From positions 6,713 to 70,712 of the forward strand of contig CAVUOF010000002.1 of the NCBI GenBank assembly GCA_963743045.1: DNA of 64,000 nt, written 5' to 3'. Both the position numbers and the translations under genes were made by a program. Positions within the stretch are counted from its first letter, which is position 1. Each line of letters begins with the position of its first letter. Positions 50,886 through 61,644 of this stretch are shown here, piece by piece. This DNA comes from an uncultured Acidobacteriota bacterium. GTDB taxonomy: Bacteria; Acidobacteriota; Blastocatellia; RBC074. A model generated the notes under the pieces. It made no database searches and was not told the DNA's origin. It saw only the letters and a program-made list of their open reading frames with translations.

Positions 50886-51000
50886 AGAGTGCCTCGCCGA
50901 GGCACGAAGAGGAGCCGCGAAGGCCGCATGAACTGCAAGTAGACGAGGATTCAGCCTCCTGCTAGACTAACTCTGTCCGATTTCTCGCAAAGGAACTACC

Positions 51001-52029
51001 GTGATGGACATGGCTCGAATTGGGCCCAACCTGTTGGTCATAATCGCCGTTGCCTGCAGCCTGTTGGTTGGCTCCTGCAAGAGGAGTGGGGCTTCTGGAG
51101 GCATGCAGGCGACTGTCGTGCCTGAACGGGTCAAGTTGTTCAATTCAACGGCCGAGGTCTCACATGTCGTTGGCGAGCTCAAAGGCGGCGATCAGGTTCT
51201 GGTGGTCTCGAAGGTCGATGAGCAAGGCAAGAACTGGGTCGAAGTGAAAGCCGCCGATGGCCTCACAGGCTGGCTGGATTCCCGTTATCTTGTCAATCAG
51301 GATATTGTCAATCAGTCGCAAAAACTGGCGGAAACTCTCAAGGACATTCCCGTTCAGGCAAGCGGGCGTTCAAAGGCTTCGCTCAAGCTCCGGCTCACGC
51401 CCGATCGCGCCAATGACGATAACGTGGCGATTCTGCTGCCGCAGGGCACGCCTCTCGAGATCGTCGCGCGAGAGCGCCGTCCGAGGCCTGCGTTGCCATC
51501 GGATAAGGAAGGCGATGAGGCGCCCTCTCAAAAGTTCGATGAGTGGTACGAGGTACGTCTCAAGGACAACCAGGTGCTCCCTGCAGGCTGGATCTATGCC
51601 GGGTCAGTAGAACTCGACATACCGCCCGAGATCGTCTACTACGTCTCAGGCGCGAGACGCATTGTCGCGTGGCAGAACCTGGGCAGCGCTCATGACAATG
51701 AAGGCCATGCGGGCGACCATTTCCTCGTGCTCGAACGTCGCGTGGATGGAAGTGACGACACCGCCGATTTCGACCGGGTCAAGGTTCTCGCCTATTCGCC
51801 AGGCTCGCGCGACTACTACACACCTTTCCGCGAGGACCTCAAGGGGCGCTTCCCGGTGGTGACAACGATTAATGGCCAACACGGTGTGTTCAAGATCAAT
51901 ACAATCGACAAGGATGGGAATTCAAAGTTGATGGAGTACGACATTGAAATTCCTGGCTCAGGCAAAGTGAGTGTAAAGAAATTGACAATGACGCCGCACG
52001 AAACTACAAAACTGCGGAAGCGGCGCTAA
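51001..52029 (+). CDS. SH3b-domain lipoprotein
   Basis: Lipobox-like LLVGSC, WVEVKAADGLTGW, and a second WYEVR...GWI SH3b-like unit. Confidence 0.75.
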   Translation: MMDMARIGPNLLVIIAVACSLLVGSCKRSGASGGMQATVVPERVKLFNSTAEVSHVVGELKGGDQVLVVSKVDEQGKNWVEVKAADGLTGWLDSRYLVNQDIVNQSQKLAETLKDIPVQASGRSKASLKLRLTPDRANDDNVAILLPQGTPLEIVARERRPRPALPSDKEGDEAPSQKFDEWYEVRLKDNQVLPAGWIYAGSVELDIPPEIVYYVSGARRIVAWQNLGSAHDNEGHAGDHFLVLERRVDGSDDTADFDRVKVLAYSPGSRDYYTPFREDLKGRFPVVTTINGQHGVFKINTIDKDGNSKLMEYDIEIPGSGKVSVKKLTMTPHETTKLRKRR

Positions 52030-52102
52030 GGCTTTTTAAAGCGGCATTTGGCCGGATAGTGGGCTTTCTTTCGAGTTTTCCATTTTTCTCGGTCCCTCTA
52101 GA

Positions 52103-52148
52103 CTTGAGATCAAGTTAACTTGACCGTCAAGATCGCCTGATTTACTCT
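52103..52148 (+). promoter_or_regulatory. Candidate promoter and operator array for the TonB receptor
   Basis: TTGACC-17 nt-TACTCT, overlapped by four alternating CTTGA/TCAAG pentamers. Confidence 0.5.
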
Positions 52149-52326
52149 ACGTTTCCAAACTCTCGAAGATTAGAGAAACTAAAATCTTCGAGGCGCCCAA
52201 ACGCAGGCGCATTCCATCACACCAAGCCTCAGGCTCGCCGGAAGGGATGAAAGCGTTCGAAGTTCTGTGCCTGTCCGATAAGGACTCGCAACTCGTGACC
52301 CCAATGACAAGAAAGGCAAAAACAGT

Positions 52327-55300
52327 ATGTCGACCCTTATGCGAAGAGGCCTATTGACTACGACTCAAGCAGCTCTCGCCACCCTCATGGTTCTATCGAT
52401 GAGTCTCGTAGCAGTGGCGCAGTCCTCCCTGACCGGAGCCATAACGGGAACGGTGAACGATCCAAGTGGCGCGGTGATCCCCAACGCGACCGTCAAGGTT
52501 CGTAACGCGGGAACCAGTCAGGAGGAAAGCACGACCACCGGAGCCGAAGGCCGCTTTCGAGTGACCAATCTTCAACCTGGCATCTACTCAGTCACAGTCA
52601 ATGCCCAGGGCTTTACCGAATACCACCAGGAGCAGATCGTCGTCGAGGTAGGACGGACTGCCATTATCGACGCTAATCTGGCTGTCACCGGTGCAGGTGA
52701 GGTCGTGAATGTCGTCGCCGCCCAGGCGGTGGTCAACACCGATTCAAAGGAATTCTCAACCAACATCAACCAGAGTTCGATCAACGAGCTGCCGATCAAC
52801 GGCAGGCGGTGGTCCGATTTCGTACTTCTTACGCCCGGCGCAACGCCGGATGGAATCTTCGGGTTGATCAGCTTCCGGGGCATCTCAGGCCTGCTGAACA
52901 ACAACACCGTGGATGGCGGAGACAACAACCAGGCTTTCTTCTCAGAGGAGCGCGGCCGTACGCGCATCGGCTATTCTATAAGTCAGTCATCCATTCTTGA
53001 GTTCCAGGTAAATACTTCGAACTACTCCGCCGAATATGGGCGTGCTGCCGGCGGCGTGACCAACGCCGTGACGAAGAGCGGCACCAACGAATTCCACGGC
53101 GATGCATTCTACTATCAACGCAATAATGACTGGGGCGCACGCAATCCGACTGCCTTCCAGAGCATTCTCGTTAACGGCACTTCTTCAAGTGTCGGTATCA
53201 AGCCGGAGGATGTCCGTCATCAATTCGGGGGCACGATCGGCGGTCCGATCATCAAGAATCGTCTCTTCTTCTTCTTCAGCTACGACCAGCAGAAGCGGAA
53301 TTTCCCGGGTCTGGGCATCTTCACCAACCCGAACTACCTTAATACGGTGGATCGAACGGCCCTTAAGACCAACACGCCTGCTGTTCCGAGAGGCTTGACG
53401 GACGATCAGATCAACTCTGCTCTGACCTTCCTGAATTCACTCACCGGACCGGTCCCGAGGCGCGGCGACCAGACGCTCTTCCTGCCGAAGATCGATTTCC
53501 ATATCAATGACAAGAACATACTTGTCAGCGACTTACAACCGGCTTCGATGGGATTCCCCGGCCGGCATTCAGACGCAGCCCACCAACACGTTGGGCGTTG
53601 CCAGTTTTGGAAATGACTTCGTGAAAATCGATTGGGGAACGCTGCGGCTGCAAAGTACGATCACTCCAACGATCCTCAACGAGTTTCGCTTCCAGTACGC
53701 GCGTGACTTCGAGTTCGAGTTCAGCCAGACGCCTGCGCCGGGCGAGCCGCGTACCGGCATCAACGGCAGCGCACCGGATGTCTTCCTGACAAACGGTCTC
53801 GAGTTTGGCAAGCCGACCTTCCTCGAGCGAGCTGCCTACCCGGAGGAGAAGCGAACCCAGTTCACAGATAATGTGACTGTTTCGCACGGCCCGCATACAA
53901 TCAAGTTCGGGTTCGATATCAATCATGCCAGCGATAAACTCTCGAATCTGCGAACAGAGAGCGGCAGCTACTCTTACAGCAACATCAACGACTTCATTAT
54001 TGATTACACGAACTGGACGGTGGGGCTTCCGGCGACAGTACCGTGCGTCAACACCGCCAACCGGTTCCGCGGCAAGTGCTACACCAGCAACTACACACAG
54101 GGATTCGGCGTGCTCGGAACCAGTCTCTCAACAAACGACTACGGGTTCTACGGCCAGATCGACTGGAAGTTCACCCCTCGTGTGACCATCAATCTCGGCC
54201 TGCGTTACGAGTATGAAACGATGCCGGATGTGATTTTGCCCAATTCTAGCACTGTGGTTATCCCGAACACGGTCCTGACGCTTAACCAGGCGACTTCTCA
54301 ACTGCCCAGTGACAGGAACAATTGGGGCCCGCGCATCGGCTTTGCCGTAGACCTCACCGGCAACGGCAAGACTTCACTGCGCGGCGGCTGGGGCTTGTAC
54401 TACGGTCGAATCATCAACTCGACCATCTATAACGCCCTGATCAACACCGGAAATCCGGGTGGCCAGAGTCAGTCCAGCGTCGCCGGTTCGGCGGCCACGG
54501 CTCCAATCTTCCCGAACACGCTGGCCTCTGCACCGCCAGGCACGGGATCGATTCAATACTTTGCTCCGAACTTTCAGAGCCCGATGATTCACCAGGGCGA
54601 CCTGATCATCGAGCGCGAAATCATGCGCAACACTTCGGTCTCAGCGTCATATCTCGTGAGTCTTGGCTACAACCTCCCGAACTTCATCGATCGAAATCTA
54701 GGTATTCCAAATACCACCCAGAGCTTCCCGATCGTCGGCGGACCTTTTGGCGGCCAGACGCTGAATGTTCAGGAGTTCCCAACCACCAGGCCGCTTACAA
54801 CCTTTGCGCAGTTGACCGAGATTTCGAGCAGTGTCAAGTCTGAGTACAACGCGCTCGTTCTCCAGCTGAATCGTCGCTTCAGTTCAGGACTTCAGTTCGC
54901 CGCCAACTACACGCTCTCAAAGGCTGTCGACCTCAACCAGACTTCGACGACATTCACCACCAACAATGTCCCGTTCAATGTCTTCGACCTTGGGTTCGAA
55001 CGAGGCGTCTCGAACTTCGATGTTCGCCACAAGTTCGTCGTCAATGCCATCTATGCTCCACGCGTAACCGTGGATAATGGAGTAATGAAGGCGATTCTCG
55101 ACGGGTGGACGATTGCGCCGATTTTCCAGTACTACACCGGGCAGCCCTTCAGTGGGACGATCTCAGGAAGCAACGGCGGCGCTGGCGGCATCAACCGGTC
55201 AGCTGGATCGACGCGTTTTCCATTGCTCGACCGCAACAGCTTCCGCTTTCCGGCTATCGCCAACGTAGACTTCAGGCTCTCGCGCCGCTTCCACATCAAG

Positions 55301-55501
55301 GAACGCGTCAGCCTCGAGGCTCTGGGAGAAGTATTCAACCTCTTCAATCGCACACAGGTTACAGGCAAGAACTCGACCCTCTACACGCTGCAAAGCAACG
55401 GCTCGCTTAACTACAACACGGCCTTCGGTACAGTCACCTCGGCTGCTAGTACGATTTTCCGTCAGCGGCAAGTGCAAATCGCATTCCGGCTCCAGTTCTA
55501 G
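52327..55501 (+). CDS. Oar-like TonB-dependent receptor with carboxypeptidase-regulatory N-domain, frameshift near 53527
   Basis: GTVNDPSGAVIPNA, LPINGR, EFQVNTSNYSAEYGRAAGG, NLGLRYEY, C-terminal QIAFRLQF. Confidence 0.93.
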
Positions 55502-55527
55502 GACTGGCCTGCAATGTTTCAACTGGA

Positions 55528-55561
55528 AGATGGACGCGCTCGCGGCGTCCATCTTTTGTTT
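55528..55561 (+). terminator. Intrinsic terminator
   Basis: AAGATGGACGC-loop-GCGTCCATCTT followed by TTGTTT. Confidence 0.8.
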
Positions 55562-55578
55562 CCAGAGGAGCTCCAAAA

Positions 55579-55953
55579 ATGTCTATAGCACCGATGCTCT
55601 CCGTGCGGCGGGGGGCCAAGGCAATCGAATTCTACAAGGCGGCGTTCGGGGCGCGAGAACTGTTCCGAATTGAAAGTGACACCGGTGAAGTGGTGGCGCA
55701 GCTATCTGCGGAGAGCTCTGAATTCTGGCTCGCCGACGAGTCTCCCGAGCATAAGAACTTCAGCCCTGAGACTCTCGGCGGTTGTTCTGTGCGGCTGGTG
55801 ATGGTCGTTGAAGATCCGGATGCGGTATTCTCGCGTGCGATAGAGGCAGGCGGGACCGTGGTCTGGCCGGTGAGCGACAAGGAATACGGCTGGCGTGTGG
55901 GACGGCTGGTAGATCCCTACGGCCACCACTGGGAAATCGGCAAGCCGATTTAA
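55579..55953 (+). CDS. VOC / PhnB-like glyoxalase family protein
   Basis: AIEFYKAAFGA, YGWRVGRLVDPYGHHW; GAGGAG RBS. Confidence 0.9.
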   Translation: MSIAPMLSVRRGAKAIEFYKAAFGARELFRIESDTGEVVAQLSAESSEFWLADESPEHKNFSPETLGGCSVRLVMVVEDPDAVFSRAIEAGGTVVWPVSDKEYGWRVGRLVDPYGHHWEIGKPI

Positions 55954-55954
55954 T

Positions 55955-56031
55955 TAGCCACAAAAAGGCACAAAAAACACAAAGGGATCAGAAGGCTGTT
56001 CCCTTGTGCCTTTTGTGCCTTTTCGTGGCTA
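55955..56031. repeat. Family A palindrome between convergent genes
   Basis: TAGCCACAAAAAGGCACAAAAAACACAAAGGG...CCCTTGTGCCTTTTGTGCCTTTTCGTGGCTA. Confidence 0.9.
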
Positions 56032-56505
56032 CAGCTTGTCTAGTACTTTGAGCACATCCTGGCTGTGAGTATCCGTCTTGACCTTCCGGAAAATGTGCGC
56101 GATTTTGCCGGCTTCATCGATGAGCACCGTCGATCGCAACACGCCCGTGATTTTCTTGCCGTACATGTTCTTCTCGCCCCACGCGCCGTACGCGTCCATG
56201 ACCGAATGATCCGGATCCGACAGGAGCGTGAACGGCAATGAATACGCCTCGGTGAACTTCTGATGCGATGCCTGGTTGTCAGCGCTCACGCCGACCACCT
56301 CGACGCCACGCTTCCGCAATACAGCGTAGTCGTCACGAAACCCGCACGCTTCCTTCGTGCAGCCTGGCGTCATATCACGGGGATAGAAATAGAGGACCAC
56401 CTTCTTTCCCTTGAAGTCAGACAACTTCACAGTCTTGCCATTCGTATCCTTGAGACTGAAGGCTGGCGCCTTGTCACCAACCTTGAGCTCGTTGCCTGAA
56501 GACAT
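56029..56505 (-). CDS. bcp: Peroxiredoxin BCP/PrxQ
   Basis: [22 protein letters not shown]. Confidence 0.96.
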   Translation of the reverse strand: MSSGNELKVGDKAPAFSLKDTNGKTVKLSDFKGKKVVLYFYPRDMTPGCTKEACGFRDDYAVLRKRGVEVVGVSADNQASHQKFTEAYSLPFTLLSDPDHSVMDAYGAWGEKNMYGKKITGVLRSTVLIDEAGKIAHIFRKVKTDTHSQDVLKVLDKL

Positions 56506-56528
56506 AAATCGATTCTCCTTGATAGTTT

Positions 56529-57314
56529 TCACGAGAGGCCGTAGCCGCACGAGACCTGGATCGTTTCGCCCGTGATGCTGTCACCCTCGGACGACGCCAG
56601 ATAGACCGCCAGAGCCACTATGTTGGCAGGCTCGGCAAAGCGCTCGAGCGCCAGACGGCCCGTATATTCCTTCTCTATCTCGGCCACCGGACGATTTGTC
56701 TGCGCAGCACGACGGCGGATGACTTCCGCCATCCGCTCGCCCCGAACCGGTCCCGGCGAGATAGTGTTCACTTGAATGTTGTGGCGGCCCCATTCCTGAG
56801 CGAGCGTCTTACTCAAGCCGATCATCCCCCACTTCGAGACTGCGTAAGGACTTCGAAGTGGGTAACCCTTGTGGCCGGCAACAGAAGAGATGTTGATTAT
56901 CTTGCCGTACCGCCGCTCGGCCATTTGCGGCAGGACAGCCTTTGCACAGAGGAAGGCGCCGGTGAGATTTACAGCCAGAGTGCGATCCCAGTCCTCCCTG
57001 CTGACCTGATCGACCGGTGCTGTGGGGCCGATAATCCCGGCGTTATTGACGAGCACATCGATCCGGCCGAGACGCTCGAGCGCTTCGGCTACAAATGCCT
57101 GAACCGCGGTCTCATCGGCCACGTCGGCGATACGCCCGAAGACTTGTCGTCCCGACGCCGCCGCGTCCAGCTCATCCATTGCCTGTGCCAGCGCACCTTC
57201 GGAAGTTCCACAAATTGCGAGGCTCGCACCCTCCCCGATAAAGGCCCGCGCAAACTCGAGTCCGAGGCCGCGCGCGCCTCCTGTAATCATGCAGACACGG
57301 TCTTGAAGTTTCAT
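56529..57314 (-). CDS. Short-chain dehydrogenase/reductase
   Basis: [21 protein letters not shown]. Confidence 0.95.
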   Translation of the reverse strand: MKLQDRVCMITGGARGLGLEFARAFIGEGASLAICGTSEGALAQAMDELDAAASGRQVFGRIADVADETAVQAFVAEALERLGRIDVLVNNAGIIGPTAPVDQVSREDWDRTLAVNLTGAFLCAKAVLPQMAERRYGKIINISSVAGHKGYPLRSPYAVSKWGMIGLSKTLAQEWGRHNIQVNTISPGPVRGERMAEVIRRRAAQTNRPVAEIEKEYTGRLALERFAEPANIVALAVYLASSEGDSITGETIQVSCGYGLS

Positions 57315-57355
57315 CGATTGGTCTTTTGAAGAGAGGAAAGAATCGCGGAATTGAA

Positions 57356-58018
57356 TTACATGACGGCAAGCGCGCGCGACAGCTTCAGGCGAACGAGCGC
57401 GCCGGAATCGAGGCGAACATCCTTGCCCTTGCTGAAGAGGACACCGGCGACCATGCTGCCGCCGATAATGCTCGCCCCTGCGACCGATCCCACGTGGCTC
57501 AATCCATAGTGGTTGTATGCGCTGCGATCTGCCGAGGCGAGGATGACGACACTTGCAGCCATGCCCCCTACTCCACCCGCGAGGAGCACGTTCTTGAGGA
57601 CCTGCTCGCCGCTCTTGCCGCCTTGCAGCGTCCCCTCGCTATCGCTCTTGACCTTTTCATCTCGCGAAAAGTCGGAAGCCGAATCCACCATCGCGACCAG
57701 GCGCCGCGTGTCTCCGTCCCATTTGATCTGCTCGAAAGTCAGCTGCAGCAGTCCACCCTTTAACGGGGCATGAGCCGCCTTAGCCAAAGTGACACGGCCG
57801 ATGATCTCAGTGCCTTCAGGTAGAAGCATGCGATCGTCGACTATGACGTCGTGCTTGACTACTGCGAGCACCTGGTCGCCTGGCTCGCTGAGCTTTGAGC
57901 TGACGGGCTCGCGCAGGGTGAGCTGGATGACCGTGCCTTCTGGAATCACCAACCGTGGCGCTGACGATTGAGCGATTGCAGGAGCGAGGGCCAGGACGAA
58001 GAGCATCAGGAATGTCAT
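57356..58018 (-). CDS. Hypothetical exported protein with beta-rich domain and glycine-rich hydrophobic hairpin
   Basis: Signal peptide, [11 protein letters not shown]...SSK...GD...[11 protein letters not shown]; GAGG RBS. Confidence 0.75.
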   Translation of the reverse strand: MTFLMLFVLALAPAIAQSSAPRLVIPEGTVIQLTLREPVSSKLSEPGDQVLAVVKHDVIVDDRMLLPEGTEIIGRVTLAKAAHAPLKGGLLQLTFEQIKWDGDTRRLVAMVDSASDFSRDEKVKSDSEGTLQGGKSGEQVLKNVLLAGGVGGMAASVVILASADRSAYNHYGLSHVGSVAGASIIGGSMVAGVLFSKGKDVRLDSGALVRLKLSRALAVM

Positions 58019-58081
58019 GATCCACCTCTTTGTAGAAAAGCCCCATTATGGTACTACTGGCTTACCGCTCCGGACAAGACG

Positions 58082-58258
58082 ATGAGTGAGACGCTGGAGA
58101 CAATCGCTGGGGTTGCAATATTTGGCGCGATACTGCTCGCGAGCGCCCTGGTGACCAACTGGTTCGCCCGGACAATGTATCGGAAGTGCCAGGAATGCGG
58201 GACGCTCAACGCCAGACGCCGATCAAACTGCCGTGAGTGCGGCAAGCCCTTGGTCTAG
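58082..58258 (+). CDS. 58-aa membrane-anchored zinc-ribbon protein
   Basis: Hydrophobic helix IAGVAIFGAILLASALV followed by CQECGTLNARRRSNCRECG. Confidence 0.7.
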   Translation: MSETLETIAGVAIFGAILLASALVTNWFARTMYRKCQECGTLNARRRSNCRECGKPLV

Positions 58259-58275
58259 TCACTATCGAGATGCTC

Positions 58276-58370
58276 GTAGGGGCGGCTCGCGAGCCGCCCC
58301 TACACGAATTATGCATTTAGGGCGGCTCACGAGCCGCCCCTACGATTCTATGCGAAGCGCCGCACTCCAA
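58276..58370. repeat. GTAG-type REP cluster plus a family B end
   Basis: GTAGGGGCGGCTCGCGAGCCGCCCCTAC, GGGCGGCTCACGAGCCGCCCCTAC, GCCGCACTCCAA. Confidence 0.88.
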
Positions 58371-58371
58371 T

Positions 58372-58884
58372 TCAGGCGTTGGCGCGAGTGTGCTTGGTGC
58401 AGGCGCCCTGCAGGGCGTGATCTACTCGGGGCTCAATTCGCGTCTCTGGTTCGCCCCACGCAAGAGCAAGCTCACTGATCACCAGATATCTTGCGCGTTC
58501 CAGCATCCTCTTCTCGCGAAATGAGAGCGGTTTGTGCTGACTCAGGAAGGTCAGTATCTTGAGCACCTCCGCCACGGAGAAGAGGTCACCTGTCCGCATG
58601 CGATCCGAAAACTCCTTGAACCTGTCCTTCCAATCAGTGGGCGGCGAGGTGAAGTCGGCGGCAAGCAGTTTAAGCAGAATAGCGCATTGCTCGTTTCCGA
58701 TCGGACTGCGAAGCCCGACCTCGTCAGCGTTCCGTGTGGGTACCATAACCAGCGAGTTCGAGGCGCAGAGCCTCAGCAGATAGAACTCATTGTCCTGTCC
58801 GTCTACCTGGCGAGCTTCAATCTGTTCGATGGTGCCGATACCGTGATTCGGGTAGACGACCTTCTGTCCAATCTTAAACTCCAC
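58372..58884 (-). CDS. carD: CarD/CdnL family transcription factor
   Basis: FKIGQKVVYPNHGIG, VMVP, GLR, DWKDR (conserved Trp), LSFREKRML; GAGGAG RBS before GTG. Confidence 0.93.
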   Translation of the reverse strand: MEFKIGQKVVYPNHGIGTIEQIEARQVDGQDNEFYLLRLCASNSLVMVPTRNADEVGLRSPIGNEQCAILLKLLAADFTSPPTDWKDRFKEFSDRMRTGDLFSVAEVLKILTFLSQHKPLSFREKRMLERARYLVISELALAWGEPETRIEPRVDHALQGACTKHTRANA

Positions 58885-59001
58885 GCCGTCCTCCTCGTCA
58901 CTTTTGCTCTGGCGGTTGCCTCGGCTTGTCATTCTCTTTAGAAGGGTATGCGCGAAGCTTATCACCGCCATTCGATAAGCTCAAGGAGTGTCACAGGTAT
59001 G

Positions 59002-60243
59002 TCACTCGTATCGGAGGGCTTCGATTGGATCTTAACCGTGCGGCTTTGAAAGCAGGATATATGCCGGCCACCAGACCGATGGCTACGGAACCGCTGAATC
59101 CTACGGCCACCCAGATGAGCGGGACTCGCGATGGCAGGCTTGGAAGGAAGACGTTTAGCAGGAAGCTGACGAAGAAGCCAAAAGCAATTCCGATAAGGCC
59201 TCCAGCGCCGGTTAGCGTCATTGCTTCGAGCAGAAACTGCCAGATGATATCGGCTCGCCGCGCACCAATGGCCCTGCGGACGCCGATCTCTTTGGTGCGC
59301 TCCGTGACCGAGACCAGCATGATGTTCATGACGCCGATTCCACCCACCAGAAGTGCCACACCGACGAGCGGAATGACGATCATCGAAACCGTCAGCAGGA
59401 TGGAATTGAAGCTCTCGATGATTCCGCTCGGAGTGTTGATTACAAAGCTGTCCGGCTTGTCAGGAGGCACGTGTCGCCTGCGTCTGAGGAGTTCCGTCGC
59501 CTCGTCGATTACCTTATCAAGCTCGCCAGGTCTCGACGCCAGGACGATTGCGTGATCGTCCTGCCCCGGAAACATGTCGTGCATGATGCTGTAGGGCACG
59601 AAGACGAAGCTGTCGGCCTGCGGGACCGCCGAAGGTCACCTTTGCCTTGTCGAGCACGCCGATGACGGTCGACGACCTTATTTCCGATCTGAATCTGCTT
59701 GCCGAGCGGATCATAGCCGCTTAGCAGACGCTCGGCTATCTCGGAGCCTATGACGCATACCGAGATGTGATGCTCATCCTCGGTCTCAGTAAAGAATCGG
59801 CCGCTGGCAATGGCCACCTCGCGGGTATTGGCGTATGAAGCCCACACGCCGCGCACCTGCGGCGTCCTGACTTCATTGTTGCGAAACTTGACTGCCGGAG
59901 GGATTCCTCGAAAGAAGAGAATAGGCGAGGTTGCCAGAACGCTCTGCATCTGGCTCAGTGCGACGGCATCGTCAAGCGTGATCGGCTTGCGCTGCCGTTC
60001 CTCATCCGTGAGGTCGCTGTGACGAGGGCCGCCACCGAAGCGGCTGACGAAGGCAACATTGGTCCCGAACTGTTCGATCTGTTCCTTGAATCCGGCCTCG
60101 AGCCCTTTCGCAAGCGAAGCCACTCCGATTACCGTCGCCGTTCCAATGACTACGCCGAGGACCGTCAGAAACGATCGAAACCTGTGCGACCATACTGTCA
60201 CCATGGCCCGCGAAAAGAGCTCTTTGATTTCCTGCTTGACCAT
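59002..60243 (-). CDS. MacB-like ABC transporter permease, frameshifted
   Basis: RSFLTVLGVVIG, VGGIGVMNIMLVSVTERTKEIGVRRAIGA, DPIEALRYE. Confidence 0.92.
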
Positions 60244-60260
60244 AGTGAAGTCCGGCCTGA

Positions 60261-61484
60261 CTACTCAGCCCTCAATGCCACGATTGGATCGAGGCGCGCT
60301 GCCTTCCATGCCGGGTAGATTCCGAATATCAGACCGACGCCGCTCGAAACTCCGATGGCCATGACCGCCGCCCATAACGGCAACTCAGCCGGGATCGGAG
60401 TCAACGCTTGAAGGAGCCGCGAAATAATGTACGCGAGCGCAAGGCCGATCATCCCTCCGATCGCCGAGAGGACCGTCGACTCCACCAGAAACTGCATGAG
60501 GATGTCCTTGCGGCGAGCTCCGAGGCTCTTACGAATGCCGATCTCTCGAGTCCTCTCGGTGACCGTCACCAGCATGATGTTCATGATCACCACACCACCG
60601 ACAATCAGCGAGATGGAGACGACGCCCAGCGCAACCGAGGCGATCATTCCGAAGACGTTCTGAACGAAGTTGTTGATCGCATCGGCAGTCACAAAGCCGA
60701 AGGTGTCCTTCTCTGAGTAGCTGAGATGGCGCCTCGAGCGCATGAGCATTCGCGTCTGGTCCTGCACTTCGTCGAGGCCCCGGCCATCGATTCCCTTGAT
60801 CGAGATGGTCAGACTCTGCCGGGTTCCCCAGAGCTTCTGAAAGACGGAGAGCGGAATATAGACGAACTCGTCGCGCGATTCCCCGAAAGTCGAGCCCTGC
60901 TCTTTTGCGACACCGACGATCTCGAATGGCAGATTCCGAATCTTGATCTCTTTTCCGATTACCTCACGCCGGTTGAAGAGCTTATCGGCGACGGCAACTC
61001 CGATGAGGGCTACGAATCGCTTGTGCTCGTCGTCCGATTCATTGACATAGCGGCCGGCTTCAGCCTGGACAGTGTCAATATTGATCATGCTCGGCGAGAC
61101 ACCCCGGATGTAGAGATTGGTCATCCTCTCGTCGCCCGCCTTGACCTCGGCGCTCGAATCTCCGGAGGCGCCGATCGTCTGCGCCAGAGTCATGCGTTCG
61201 CGCAGATAGTACATGTCGTCAATCTTGAGGTCCTTGTTCCGTTTGTTGGCCTGAATGAATTCGTCAAAGCTGGTGAGGATGCCGTACTTATCAAGGACTA
61301 CGGTGTTGGTGCCCAGATCCTGTGTCACCGCTCGATCCACATAGCGGAAGAAGCCCTCGATAACCGCAGCCACCGCGACGACCGTCATGACACCAAAGAT
61401 CACGCCGAGCAGCGTAAGGATGGATCTCAGTTTGTGGGCTCGCAGTGAAGCGAACGCCAGCTTGATGGCCTCAAAAAGTCTCAT
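60261..61484 (-). CDS. MacB-like ABC transporter permease
   Basis: KLRSILTLLGVIFG, MNIMLVTVTERTREIGIRKSLGA, AARLDPIVALRAE. Confidence 0.94.
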   Translation of the reverse strand: MRLFEAIKLAFASLRAHKLRSILTLLGVIFGVMTVVAVAAVIEGFFRYVDRAVTQDLGTNTVVLDKYGILTSFDEFIQANKRNKDLKIDDMYYLRERMTLAQTIGASGDSSAEVKAGDERMTNLYIRGVSPSMINIDTVQAEAGRYVNESDDEHKRFVALIGVAVADKLFNRREVIGKEIKIRNLPFEIVGVAKEQGSTFGESRDEFVYIPLSVFQKLWGTRQSLTISIKGIDGRGLDEVQDQTRMLMRSRRHLSYSEKDTFGFVTADAINNFVQNVFGMIASVALGVVSISLIVGGVVIMNIMLVTVTERTREIGIRKSLGARRKDILMQFLVESTVLSAIGGMIGLALAYIISRLLQALTPIPAELPLWAAVMAIGVSSGVGLIFGIYPAWKAARLDPIVALRAE

Positions 61485-61559
61485 GGGATAGACGCCGAAA
61501 TGCCCATTAGGAGAACGATCTGGAGTTGAAAAGGTTGCAATAATTTGGAAATGGAGGAG

Positions 61560-61644
61560 GCCACGAAAAGACACAAAAAGACGCAAAGATGGAGGAGTCC
61601 ATCCTTGCGCCCTTTTTGTCCTTTTGGTGTTCTCGTGTGGTCTA
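61560..61644. repeat. Degenerate family A palindrome
   Basis: GCCACGAAAAGACACAAAAAGACGCAAAG...CTTGCGCCCTTTTTGTCCTTTTGGTGTTCTCGTGTGGTCTA. Confidence 0.75.
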
